DNA of 64,000 bases from Clostridia bacterium (GCA_016297005.1 JAEDHK010000002.1:198944-262943); one strand, 5' to 3'. Numbered from the stretch's first letter, positions 55,550-64,000 are shown. Numbers and translations: made by a program. The notes: a model not told the origin generated them from the letters alone.

Positions 55550-56274
55550 TTATTCAAGGAAGAAACGCCGTCACGGAAGCGGTAAAGAACGCCGTCACCG
55601 TAGAAAAAGTTCTGGTGCTGAAAGACGCGCCTACACATAACAACTTCAACCTGATTAAACTATGCCGGGAAAACAAAATCACCGTGCAGTTTGTGGAAAA
55701 ACAGGCTCTCGATCGGCTCAGCCCCGACGGACGTCACCAGGGCGTACTGGCCGTCGCGACCGAGTTCGAATACTCGGACGTGGAAGAAGTGTTGGAAAGA
55801 AAGGACAATAAGCCCCTTCTCGTGCTCATCTTGGACGGCATCGAAGATCCGCACAACCTGGGCGCCATTATCCGCGTGGCGGAATGCGCCGGCGTCAACG
55901 GCATTCTGCTTCCGCGCAGACGCTGTTGTCCCGTTACCGACACCGCCGTTAAAGTGAGTTGCGGCGCCTCTCAATACGTTAAGATCGCCAAAGTAAACAA
56001 CGTGAACGAGGCCATACGCGACCTGAAAGAGCGCGGACTCTTTGTTCTGGCCGCAGATATGGGCGGAGCGGATATCTACCGGACCGATCTGACGGGAGAT
56101 ATCGCCATCGTGATCGGCGGAGAAGGAGAGGGCGTACATCAATTGACGTCCAGACTGTGCGACGGAAAAATCGCTCTGCCGCAGTTCGGACAGATCAACT
56201 CGCTCAATGCGTCCGTCGCAACAGGAATCGTCGTATACGAAGCCGTTCGTCAGAGAGAAAACCATGGCAAGTAA
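55546..56274 (+). CDS. rlmB: 23S rRNA (guanosine-2'-O)-methyltransferase RlmB (SpoU/TrmH family)
   Basis: LDGIEDPHNLGAIIRVAECAG, IVIGGEGEGV, NSLNASVATGIVVYE SpoU motifs. Confidence 0.88.
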   Translation: MIIQGRNAVTEAVKNAVTVEKVLVLKDAPTHNNFNLIKLCRENKITVQFVEKQALDRLSPDGRHQGVLAVATEFEYSDVEEVLERKDNKPLLVLILDGIEDPHNLGAIIRVAECAGVNGILLPRRRCCPVTDTAVKVSCGASQYVKIAKVNNVNEAIRDLKERGLFVLAADMGGADIYRTDLTGDIAIVIGGEGEGVHQLTSRLCDGKIALPQFGQINSLNASVATGIVVYEAVRQRENHGK

Positions 56275-56854
56275 TCCGGAAGAGATCGCTTTGATAAAAC
56301 AAGCCGGGACCGGCGATATAGTGGCGACGGAGGCCATTATTGCCCGTTACGGTTGGTTGGTAAGAAGCGTCGTCAGAAAATATTTTACGCCGAACGGCAC
56401 CGAAGAAGACCTCGAACAAGAGGGTACGATGGCTGTTTTTAAGGCCATCAAAGAGTATGATCCGCAAAAAAACGACAGCGTAACGGCTTTTTTGGCCATG
56501 CGTATCGACTCCGCCGTTAAAGACGCTCTCCGAAAGGCCACCCGAAACAAACATCGCACCCTGAACGAAGCGGTCAGTCTTGCCGGCTTTAACGACAATC
56601 TGGACGCGCCGACGCCGACCGAATACGTTTACGATCCCGTTCATAAATACATCGAACGCGAAGGATTGGACTCCTTTTACAATAACATCGCCCGTCTTTG
56701 CTCTGATCTGCACGTACGTGTCCTCCGCTATTACTTCGACGGATACACCTACGAGGAGATCGCGTCGCTGACCGGCATCAATCGCAAAAAAGTGGACAAT
56801 ATCATGTTCACCGTAAAGAAAAAAATAAAGGAAAACAAGAATATCTTTATGTAA
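56264..56854 (+). CDS. sigH: RNA polymerase sigma factor, SigH-like
   Basis: Sigma-70 region 2 (DLEQEGTMAVFKAIKEYD) and region 4 HTH (YTYEEIASLTGINRKKVDN). mrnC-rlmB-sigH synteny as in Bacillus. Start taken at ATG 56264 (MASNPEE). Confidence 0.7.
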   Translation: MASNPEEIALIKQAGTGDIVATEAIIARYGWLVRSVVRKYFTPNGTEEDLEQEGTMAVFKAIKEYDPQKNDSVTAFLAMRIDSAVKDALRKATRNKHRTLNEAVSLAGFNDNLDAPTPTEYVYDPVHKYIEREGLDSFYNNIARLCSDLHVRVLRYYFDGYTYEEIASLTGINRKKVDNIMFTVKKKIKENKNIFM

Positions 56855-56942
56855 AATGGCGATTTAACGCACATAAATTGATAAATAGCTTTTTTAATTG
56901 CAATCAGGAGATTTTTCTTTACATTCAAGAAATTAATATAAA

Positions 56943-56981
56943 AACGACTCCCTCGATAATACGTCGAAGGAGTCGTTTTTT
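56943..56981 (+). terminator. bidirectional terminator between sigH and htpG
   Basis: ACGACTCC-18 nt-GGAGTCGT flanked by AAAAA and TTTTT. Confidence 0.75.
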
Positions 56982-56997
56982 CAAATTTTCTTTTTCC

Positions 56998-58854
56998 TCA
57001 GATCAGTTCGCAAACCAGTTCGGCAAGGCGGGTCGGACTTTCGATAGCCATGCCTTCAATAAGCAGCGCCTGGTTAAATAATACCTCAGTCAGCTTTGCT
57101 GCTTTCTCTTTATCTTCGTCGAACGCCTTTTGTAACTTGTCATAAATGGGGTGATTTCCGTTAATTTCGAGCACTTTTTGCGCTTTTACGCCTTCTGCCG
57201 GAGCGTCGGGGAGCTTATTAAGAACTTTTTCCATCTCCATGGAAACTTCGCCCTTTGTCGAGAAACAAACGGGATGCGTCTTCAAGCGGGAAGAAATTTT
57301 GACTTCGGCCACCTTATTGCCCAGTTTCTCTTTCATAAAGTCAGTCAGCTCTTTGTTTTCGATCGCTGCTTCGGCCTCATCCAACCCAAGATCGCTGCTT
57401 GCTACCGAACGGAATTCTTTTTCGTTGAACGTGCCGAGTACTCTGAGCGCAAATTCGTCGATGTCGTCGGTCAGACAGAGGATATCGAACCCACTGTCGA
57501 GCACTTTTTCGCACTGCGGCAACGCCTTGATGCTCTCGATCGTGGCGCCGGTGGCGTAATAAACGTACTTCTGCCCCTCGCCCATCTTGTCGGAGTACTC
57601 CTGCAACGTGACGAGTTTATCCTCTTTGATCGAGTGGAACAGCACCAGGTCTTTCAGCGTATCTTTGTGCGCACCCCAATTATCATAAATGCCGTATTTA
57701 AGTTGCGTTGCAAATCCTTTATAGAACTTTTCGTACTTTTCGCGGTCGTTTATCAGCAAATCGACTAGTTTATCCTTGATTTTTTTCTCAATATTGGAGG
57801 CTATCTTTTTCAGCCTGTAATTTTGTTGTATTGTTTCACGTGAAACATTTAACGTCAGTTCGCTGTCAACCAACCCTTTTACGAACGAAAAATGGTCCGG
57901 AAGCAGATCTTTGCAACAATCGGTAATGAGTACTCCGTCCGTGTACAGCTTTAAACCTTTCTCAAAATTCTTGGTGTAGTAGTTATATTGCGGATGCGAA
58001 GGGATAAAAAGCAGAGCCTTATACGATACCGCGCCCTCGACCGACGTATGAATGACGGCGATGGGGTCTTCCATGTCATAAAATGTATCTTTATAGAAAG
58101 AATTGTACTCTTCCGGCTTAATTTCCGACTTGTTTTTCTTCCAGAGCGGCACCATAGAATTCAGCGTTTCGGCCTCTTTATACTCCGTTTCTTTGGCGTC
58201 GTCGCCTTCTCCTTCCGTTTTATAATGGGTGGTCTCCATCTTGATGGGATAGCGGATATAGTCGGAATATTTTTTGACCAGTTCTCTGATCTCGTATTCT
58301 TCCAGGTACTTTCCGTACTTTTCTTCTTCGGCGTCCGGGCGGATATGCATAATAATGGTCGTACCGTGGCCCTCTCTCTCGGCGGGCGCGATCTCATAAC
58401 CGGCGCTACCGTTGCTCGTCCACTTGTTAGCCTCATCGCTGCCGTACGCCTTACTGATGACTTCTACCTTATCGCTGACCATAAAGGCCGAATAAAATCC
58501 GACGCCGAATTGTCCGATAATATTGATATCTTCTTTTTGTTCGTTATTTTTCTTAAAGTCCTGCGAGCCGCTCTTTGCTATTACGCCAAGGTTGCTGTCC
58601 ATTTCTTCCGCCGTCATGCCGATACCGTTATCGGTTACGGTAAGGGTCCGCGCCTCTTTGTCCGCCTTGATCTCAATGGCAAAGTCCTCTCGGGCAAGGC
58701 CGCTGATACCGTCGGTCAGACTCTTATAATAGAGCTTGTCGATAGCGTCGCTGGCGTTACTCAGTATCTCACGAATGAAGATCTCTTTATGCGTATAAAT
58801 AGAGTTGATCATCATGTCGAGGATCTTTTGCGATTCTGTTTTAAACTTTTTCAT
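56998..58854 (-). CDS. htpG: molecular chaperone HtpG (Hsp90)
   Basis: IFIREILSNASDAIDK GHKL ATPase motif. Full-length Hsp90 architecture. Start ATG 58854 (MKKFKTES) behind GGAGG. Confidence 0.95.
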   Translation of the reverse strand: MKKFKTESQKILDMMINSIYTHKEIFIREILSNASDAIDKLYYKSLTDGISGLAREDFAIEIKADKEARTLTVTDNGIGMTAEEMDSNLGVIAKSGSQDFKKNNEQKEDINIIGQFGVGFYSAFMVSDKVEVISKAYGSDEANKWTSNGSAGYEIAPAEREGHGTTIIMHIRPDAEEEKYGKYLEEYEIRELVKKYSDYIRYPIKMETTHYKTEGEGDDAKETEYKEAETLNSMVPLWKKNKSEIKPEEYNSFYKDTFYDMEDPIAVIHTSVEGAVSYKALLFIPSHPQYNYYTKNFEKGLKLYTDGVLITDCCKDLLPDHFSFVKGLVDSELTLNVSRETIQQNYRLKKIASNIEKKIKDKLVDLLINDREKYEKFYKGFATQLKYGIYDNWGAHKDTLKDLVLFHSIKEDKLVTLQEYSDKMGEGQKYVYYATGATIESIKALPQCEKVLDSGFDILCLTDDIDEFALRVLGTFNEKEFRSVASSDLGLDEAEAAIENKELTDFMKEKLGNKVAEVKISSRLKTHPVCFSTKGEVSMEMEKVLNKLPDAPAEGVKAQKVLEINGNHPIYDKLQKAFDEDKEKAAKLTEVLFNQALLIEGMAIESPTRLAELVCELI

Positions 58855-58885
58855 CTCTATACCTCCAAACATAATTTGTCGATTT

Positions 58886-58912
58886 TTAGCAGTCTTCGTG
58901 CCTGACTGCTAA
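58886..58912 (-). promoter_or_regulatory. CIRCE-like inverted repeat (HrcA operator variant) upstream of htpG
   Basis: TTAGCAGTC-N9-GACTGCTAA versus canonical CIRCE TTAGCACTC-N9-GAGTGCTAA (one symmetric change per arm). Located between the -10 and the RBS. Confidence 0.7.
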
Positions 58913-58914
58913 TA

Positions 58915-58943
58915 ATTATATACCCCTCTCTTCCGTTTGGCAA
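58915..58943 (-). promoter_or_regulatory. sigma-A promoter of htpG
   Basis: Minus strand TTGCCA (58943-58938), 17 nt, TATAAT (58920-58915). Confidence 0.65.
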
Positions 58944-59114
58944 GTACTTTTTTGATATTCATATTTTTTTATGCTTTCCGTCTCTCCCGATTAAGATATA
59001 CGGCTTGAACACAAAAGTACAAGCTGACCTTGGAGTTGAGCGCCGCCCCACCCGGCATAAAGAATTCGCTTGCAAAAACTGATCTCCTTTCCATGAATTA
59101 TCCAACAAACGATG

Positions 59115-59142
59115 TTGACAAATAAATTTTGTTGGGTATAAT
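59115..59142 (+). promoter_or_regulatory. sigma-A promoter of the four-gene cassette
   Basis: TTGACA (59115-59120), 16 nt, TATAAT (59137-59142). Confidence 0.65.
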
Positions 59143-59159
59143 ATAATTGTGGTGAATGC

Positions 59160-59465
59160 ATGAGTATAATGTCTTCTTTGATCGATAAAGAGAATCTACG
59201 CAATCAAAACATGATCGCGGAATACGAAAAAGAGCTGATTCCTCTCCCGAAAGGGAGCATTAAAACAAAAATCGTCGGAAATCGGATATACTATTATCTG
59301 AATTACAGAGACGGTAAAAAAGTGGTCAGTAAATACGTCGGCAAGGACGAAAGTTCTCTCCAAGAAGTCAAAGACGGACTGGAACGGCGCGCTCACGTCG
59401 AAGCCATGCTGAAAAAACTCAAAGAAGAGCAAAAACAAATAAAAAAACTGGGGGCATTGTTGTGA
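59160..59465 (+). CDS. small hypothetical protein (beta-rich YYYL-motif N-half plus Lys/Glu-rich C-terminal helix), cassette gene 1
   Basis: 101 aa. [32 protein letters not shown] then a charged helix. Stop overlaps the next start (GTGA). Confidence 0.6.
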   Translation: MSIMSSLIDKENLRNQNMIAEYEKELIPLPKGSIKTKIVGNRIYYYLNYRDGKKVVSKYVGKDESSLQEVKDGLERRAHVEAMLKKLKEEQKQIKKLGALL

Positions 59466-59938
59466 TTTTGTATCATGGGAGCAATATGACCGTAGATATG
59501 CCGAGATTGATCGATCAAAATCGCTATCTCGATTTCGGTTGCGGGTTTTATACCACCACAAACAAAAATCAAGCGGATAATTTCGCACAAAAAGTTGTCG
59601 TCCGCAGAGGCGGCGTCCCCACCGTCAACGTGTATGAATTAGACGAAGGCGCTCTCGCCGATCTGAACGTAAAAAGATTTCTCGCGCCGGACGAACAATG
59701 GCTGGACTTCGTTTCCGCCCACAGAAACGGCACGTACGCGGGAGAAGAGTACGACGTGATCATCGGCGCCGTCGCAAACGACGACGTATACCGCACCCTG
59801 CAAATCTACGCCGGCGGACTTTTAACAAAAAAACAAGCCCTCGAGGCATTAAAGATAAAAAAACTGTTTGATCAATACGTATTCGCGTCCGAAAATGCGC
59901 TTTCCGCGCTGAAATTCGTAAAAGCGGAGGAGATATAA
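59462..59938 (+). CDS. DUF3990-like protein with ADP-ribosyltransferase-like H-Y-E motifs, cassette gene 2
   Basis: 158 aa, GTG start. LYHGS (H5), GFYTT (Y30), GEEYDVIIG (E95/E96). Family recall: DUF3990 proteins start with LYHGS. Confidence 0.7.
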   Translation: MILYHGSNMTVDMPRLIDQNRYLDFGCGFYTTTNKNQADNFAQKVVVRRGGVPTVNVYELDEGALADLNVKRFLAPDEQWLDFVSAHRNGTYAGEEYDVIIGAVANDDVYRTLQIYAGGLLTKKQALEALKIKKLFDQYVFASENALSALKFVKAEEI

Positions 59939-59939
59939 T

Positions 59940-60176
59940 ATGGATGAAAAATTTAAAGCCATACTCAGCGTCGCCCTTATTCCGCAAGTCGTTGATCTGA
60001 TCGTAAAGAATGATTCTTTGAACGATGCCGACGCGCTGAACGCTTTCTACAAATCCAAAACGTACGAACTGCTCTCAAAAGAAAACACAAAAATATGGCA
60101 TTTCAGCCCCCTTACCGTTTATTCCATTTGGGAAGAAGAACGGAAAACGGGCAAGCTGATCCTGCCGGAGGAATAA
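59940..60176 (+). CDS. small helical protein (DUF3791-like), cassette gene 3
   Basis: 78 aa. GGAGG RBS. 1-nt gap after gene 2. Confidence 0.6.
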   Translation: MDEKFKAILSVALIPQVVDLIVKNDSLNDADALNAFYKSKTYELLSKENTKIWHFSPLTVYSIWEEERKTGKLILPEE

Positions 60177-60179
60177 ATT

Positions 60180-60386
60180 ATGAGTAAAGAACTCCCCTTC
60201 TACGTATTGTGCATAGAAGAATATAAAAATCAAAAAAACTTATCCGGCAGAGAGGTCATGGATCTATTTATGAAGTACTCCGTCCTTGACTACATTAAGT
60301 CTTTTTACGAAGTACTCCATACAACGGGAAGCAAATATATCGTCGACGATATAGACCTGTATATCAAGTCCCGCCAATCGGTATAA
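60180..60386 (+). CDS. DUF3791-like small protein, cassette gene 4
   Basis: 68 aa. FYVLCIEEYKNQKNLSGREVMDLFMKYSVLDYI..LHTTG pattern as remembered for DUF3791. GGAGGAA RBS. Confidence 0.65.
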   Translation: MSKELPFYVLCIEEYKNQKNLSGREVMDLFMKYSVLDYIKSFYEVLHTTGSKYIVDDIDLYIKSRQSV

Positions 60387-60798
60387 AGAATCTCTCTTTA
60401 TTCTTCCGCTAATATAAATTTCGTCGTTTTACATCTGAAATATTTAAAAATTAAAATGAGAAATCAACTTATTATTATATTCTTTATTGGCTTTTGAGAG
60501 GCTTTCCAAAAGGTTGTATTGCTCTTCGGTAAGATCGGCTTTACCCTTGTTTCTCCGCTTTGGTCTGTGTCTTGTCGAGAACTTTTTTCTTCACTATATC
60601 CGTTTGTTTGGGATTCGACGGGATTTTTATTTATCGTCGCTCTTCCGTTGGCTCGGTCGTAAGATCCGTTCCGGAATCGGCAGCGAGGGTCGTCAGTTAC
60701 TTTCTCCGCCAAGGGAAAACTTTTCTTAATTATTCCGATCGGTGCAATCAACGGAAAAAGACAAAGTCACTTTTTCGTTCGTCTTTCCTTAATTTCCT

Positions 60799-61977
60799 TT
60801 ACAAATTATCGGTAAAGCGTTTGATCTTTTTCAAAGCGGCGGTCAGGTCTTTGATACTGTAAGCGTAGGAGATGCGGACGTTGTACTTTCCGCTGTCGCC
60901 GAAAGCTCCGCCGGGGACAACTGCGACTTTTTCTTTGCGGAAGAGTTCGTTGGCAAATTCTTCTCCCGTCATGTTGAATTTTTTGACGGACGGGAAGGCG
61001 TAAAAGGCGCCTTGCGGCTCGAAGCAGTCCATGCCGGCTTTTTTCAGTTCGTTCAGGAGAAACCGACGACGGAAATCGTACTGTTCTTTCATGCGGGCAA
61101 CTGCGGCAAAACCGTCTTCCAATCCCGATTCCAAGCAGGCGATACCGCAGTATTGCGAGGGGGTGGGGGCGCACATGATGACGTACTGGTGTATCTTATA
61201 CATACAGTAGACGATGGGCTCCGGTCCGCAGACGTACCCCAGCCTCCAACCGGTCATGGCGAAGGCTTTGGAAAAACCGTTGATAACAAGCGTCCGCTCT
61301 TTCATTCCCTCGATCGAGGCGATGGATACGTGGCCTTTTTCGGTGTAGGTCAGTTCGCTGTAAATTTCGTCGGACAAGACGAGGATATTTCTTTTTATAC
61401 AGACTTCGGCGATCTTTTTAAGGTCCTCCTCTTCCAAGATAGCGCCCGTCGGGTTATTGGGGTAAGGAAGTACGAGGACTTTGGTTTTTTCGTTGCACAG
61501 TTTATCGATGTCTTCAGCCTGCACGCGGAAGTTGTTTTCTTCGTAGCAAGGCACGGGTACGGGCTTGCCCCCGGCAAGCAGTACGCAGGGAGAATAAGAG
61601 ACGTACGAGGGCGAAGGGATCAAAACTTCGTCCCCTTTTTCAAGCGTCGTGCGCAAGGTCAGGTCGATGCCTTCGCTCCCGCCGACGGTAACCATGACTT
61701 CTTTTTCCGGCGAATATGGTATACCGTATCTGGAAGAATAGTATTCGGAAATCAGTTTTCGGAGTTTGATCATTCCTTTATTCGCCGAATACTGTGTCAC
61801 GCCTTTTCCGATCATGCGCACGGCGAGATCGCGCCCCTCTTGCGGGGTATCGAAATCGGGCTCACCCACGCCGAGAGAAATTGCGTCGGGGGATTCGGCG
61901 ACGATATCAAAAAACTTTCTGATACCGGACGGTTGCAGTTCGGAAACGGTCTTTCCGATAAAACGGCTATAATCCAT
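60799..61977 (-). CDS. pyridoxal phosphate-dependent aminotransferase (class I/II, aspartate aminotransferase-like)
   Basis: 392 aa. NPTG, SDEIY, and SKAFAMTGWRLGY with the PLP lysine. Confidence 0.9.
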   Translation of the reverse strand: MDYSRFIGKTVSELQPSGIRKFFDIVAESPDAISLGVGEPDFDTPQEGRDLAVRMIGKGVTQYSANKGMIKLRKLISEYYSSRYGIPYSPEKEVMVTVGGSEGIDLTLRTTLEKGDEVLIPSPSYVSYSPCVLLAGGKPVPVPCYEENNFRVQAEDIDKLCNEKTKVLVLPYPNNPTGAILEEEDLKKIAEVCIKRNILVLSDEIYSELTYTEKGHVSIASIEGMKERTLVINGFSKAFAMTGWRLGYVCGPEPIVYCMYKIHQYVIMCAPTPSQYCGIACLESGLEDGFAAVARMKEQYDFRRRFLLNELKKAGMDCFEPQGAFYAFPSVKKFNMTGEEFANELFRKEKVAVVPGGAFGDSGKYNVRISYAYSIKDLTAALKKIKRFTDNL

Positions 61978-61991
61978 ATCTTCCTTTTTTC

Positions 61992-62486
61992 TTATTCCGA
62001 GAGGGGGAGAACTCTGTTTTTGGCGTTAGCGCTTTCGGTAGAAACGCCGTCTTCTTTATATCTCTTCATGATGAAGTGGGTGGCCGTGGAGGTTACGCCC
62101 TCGATGGAAGAGAGTTTTTCTCCGACGAAAGTGGAAATCTCTCGCAGGGTCTTTCCTTCCAAGCGGATGGACAGGTCGTAGGTCCCACTCATAAGGTAAA
62201 CGGCTTTGACTTCTTCGAAAGCGGCGATCCTCTCGGCAAAGGAGTCAAAACCGCTTCTTGCTTGCGGCGTGACCTTAACTTCGATGAGCGCGCTAACGCT
62301 GTCTTCGTCGATAATCTCGGGATTAAGCACGGCGGTATAGCCTAATATGGCGCCTTTTTGTTCCAGTCCGCGCATGGTCGCTTCTACCACATCTTTATCA
62401 GAACCGACCATCACGGCCAATTCTTCGACCGAGTAGCGGGCGTTTTCTTGTAAAAGGGTAAGGATCTTGGTTTCGATGGCAGTCAT
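61992..62486 (-). CDS. Lrp/AsnC family transcriptional regulator
   Basis: N-terminal HTH (ILTLLQENARYSVEELA) and C-terminal RAM/ASNC domain. 164 aa. Confidence 0.88.
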   Translation of the reverse strand: MTAIETKILTLLQENARYSVEELAVMVGSDKDVVEATMRGLEQKGAILGYTAVLNPEIIDEDSVSALIEVKVTPQARSGFDSFAERIAAFEEVKAVYLMSGTYDLSIRLEGKTLREISTFVGEKLSSIEGVTSTATHFIMKRYKEDGVSTESANAKNRVLPLSE

Positions 62487-62504
62487 GATTACCTCCTGAA
62501 TTTT

Positions 62505-63149
62505 TTATTCAAAGTAAAATTCGCTTTCCAACATTGCGCAAAGGCAATGATATACGGGCAAATGCATTTCTTGCACTTTATATGTCTCCGTCTCGGGTAC
62601 GGCGATCGTTACGTCGCTTAACGCACTCAGTTTCGACGGCTTGGCGCCGGTAAGAGAAACCGTGACAAGGCCCATCGCCTTGGCAAGCGTCGCGGCGAGA
62701 ACACAATTCCGGCTGTTTCCCGACGTGGAGATGCACATAAGGACGTCGCCTTGTTTTGCCGCGCCAAAGAGTGACTGTGCCAATGCCGCGTCGGGCGCTG
62801 CGTCGTTCTCGTACGCGGAAATGAGCGAAGAGTTCTCGTTCAGACAAAACACCGGCAGAGCCCTTTCCAGATGCTCGATAAGGTATTCGCCGTCTTCGCC
62901 GAGCAGAGATAATTTATCCCGTTGATCTTCGGTAACAGGCCTGGGCAGACAGAAGCTCTTCCGCAGTTCTCCCACGATATGCCGTGCGTCCGCGTCGCTG
63001 CCTCCGTTACCGCATGTAAATACGGCATGTCCTTCGTATAGGGCGTCGTATAACGTTTTATAGGCTTCCGAAATAAATCCTTTGGCAGCCGAAAGCGCAG
63101 GATAACGATCGATGAGCGTATTTAATATCTTTTCCGTGTTCTGTTTCAT
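62505..63149 (-). CDS. SIS domain protein (GmhA/DiaA-like sugar phosphate isomerase)
   Basis: FTCGNGGSDADARH and ISTSGNSRN SIS motifs. 4-nt overlap with the ROK gene. Confidence 0.85.
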   Translation of the reverse strand: MKQNTEKILNTLIDRYPALSAAKGFISEAYKTLYDALYEGHAVFTCGNGGSDADARHIVGELRKSFCLPRPVTEDQRDKLSLLGEDGEYLIEHLERALPVFCLNENSSLISAYENDAAPDAALAQSLFGAAKQGDVLMCISTSGNSRNCVLAATLAKAMGLVTVSLTGAKPSKLSALSDVTIAVPETETYKVQEMHLPVYHCLCAMLESEFYFE

Positions 63150-64000
63150 TCTGCCTCCATTGCCGCAGAAATCGCGGCATAGTCGCCGATGTTTTCGCTA
63201 AGGAGCGCCGGCTTTATTCGACACACTCCCGCCGCGTACGGGAGAGATTCTTTTTTGATTTCTTTATACATCGCCGGATCGAGCAGATCGTGACTCCGCA
63301 TATATACGCCGCCGATTACGACCGTCTCCGGGTTGAGCACGTCGATCAGTATCGCCAAACCTTTACCTAGGATACGGCCGCTTTTACGGTAGATCGCCCG
63401 GCAGTCTTTATCCCCTTTGCGGGCCAGTTCTGCGATCAGTTTGGCCGTGATATTTTCTTCGTTTCCCGCTGTCTTTAACAGGGCGCATTCAGGCTTTTTT
63501 CGAACAAGTTCTCTACCCAAGTCGGCGATACCGCTACCGCTGCAAAAGCTCTCCCAAGCGCCTTTTTTACCATAATGGACCGGTCCGGAAAGCGACATAC
63601 GTACGTGTCCGACTTCTCCGGCATTGCCGTTGGCTCCCGAATAGAGCTTGCCGTTCAGTACCAGTCCCGCGCCGAGGCCGGTGCCAAAAGTCATAAAGAC
63701 CATGTTCTTCGTACCCTTGCCCGCACCAAATCTCCATTCCGCCAAGGCAGAGGCGTTGGCGTCATTAAGGAGTTTTGCCTTATAACCTGTTTTTTCTTCA
63801 AAAAACCGTACAATCTCGACGTGATCCCAGCCAGGCAGGTTGGGCGGGCCAAGAACGACGCCCGTTTCTTCATCGAGCGGACCGCCGCAACTTATACCGA
63901 TCTTGCCTTCGCCCTGTTTTATAATCATAGGGGCAAGAAGTTCGTAAAGCCTGTTCAATACCCCGTCGGGGTCGTTTTTCGGCGTGGGGAAAGATTCTTT
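63146..64000 (-). CDS. ROK family sugar kinase/regulator, N-terminus beyond window end
   Basis: FGTGLGAGLV..GNAGEVGH ROK signature. The reading frame stays open from 63958 to 64000 (..KESFPTPKNDPDGVLNRLYE), so the TTG in the track is not the start. Confidence 0.85.
   Translation of the reverse strand, partial: KESFPTPKNDPDGVLNRLYELLAPMIIKQGEGKIGISCGGPLDEETGVVLGPPNLPGWDHVEIVRFFEEKTGYKAKLLNDANASALAEWRFGAGKGTKNMVFMTFGTGLGAGLVLNGKLYSGANGNAGEVGHVRMSLSGPVHYGKKGAWESFCSGSGIADLGRELVRKKPECALLKTAGNEENITAKLIAELARKGDKDCRAIYRKSGRILGKGLAILIDVLNPETVVIGGVYMRSHDLLDPAMYKEIKKESLPYAAGVCRIKPALLSENIGDYAAISAAMEAE

Noticed and set aside
57988-58905. 305-aa plus-strand ORF
   Set aside because: It is antisense to htpG.
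61012-62181. 389-aa plus-strand ORF
   Set aside because: It is antisense to the aminotransferase and Lrp genes.
1-64000. CRISPR arrays, rRNA/tRNA genes, transposases, integrases, prophage structural genes
   Set aside because: I scanned intergenic regions and the ORF track. I found no regularly spaced direct repeats, no cloverleaf-compatible sequences other than the tmRNA ends, and no DDE, tyrosine or serine recombinase-like ORFs.

Overview
This 64-kb chromosomal window looks like a Gram-positive, Clostridia-like Firmicute. The evidence is yabP-yabQ, the mrnC-rlmB-sigH synteny, TTGACA/TATAAT-type promoters and GGAGG ribosome-binding sites. It holds about 68 densely packed protein genes, mostly core functions:
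- an ABC exporter pair
- greA-lysS plus a decarboxylase gene
- rpsF-ssb-rpsR
- xpt plus a BMP-type nucleoside ABC importer
- malQ
- cvpA-tcdA-metF-metH
- a cadmium/zinc P-type ATPase operon
- feoAB
- lemA plus a DUF2207 gene
- hpt-radC-mrnC-rlmB-sigH
- htpG
- a ROK-SIS-Lrp-aminotransferase operon

Two RNA elements are not visible in the ORF track. One is a tmRNA gene (17760-18108). The other is a lysine (L-box) riboswitch with its own promoter and terminator, upstream of an NhaC-family transporter (about 23012-23279, minus strand). I found no transposase, integrase, CRISPR array, rRNA or tRNA.

The best candidate for an undescribed system is a self-contained, translationally coupled four-gene cassette at 59160-60386, between htpG and the aminotransferase operon. 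It encodes a small YYYL-motif protein, a DUF3990-like protein whose motifs resemble the H-Y-E triad of diphtheria-toxin/PARP ADP-ribosyltransferases, and two small DUF3791-like proteins. Decayed gene debris lies next to it.

Other points worth a second look:
- a duplicated tmRNA 3' end plus a 19-bp inverted repeat, possibly an integration scar
- a Fur-family regulator with two 7-1-7 boxes driving a PTPS/QueD-like protein that appears to lack the catalytic Cys and carries a zinc-ribbon tail
- a 159-nt 6S-like long hairpin in the xpt-hydrolase spacer
- a CIRCE-like operator at htpG
- an inverted pair of terminator-module repeats

All calls come from reading the sequence and recognising motifs. 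No database search was run. RNA and start-site boundaries are approximate.
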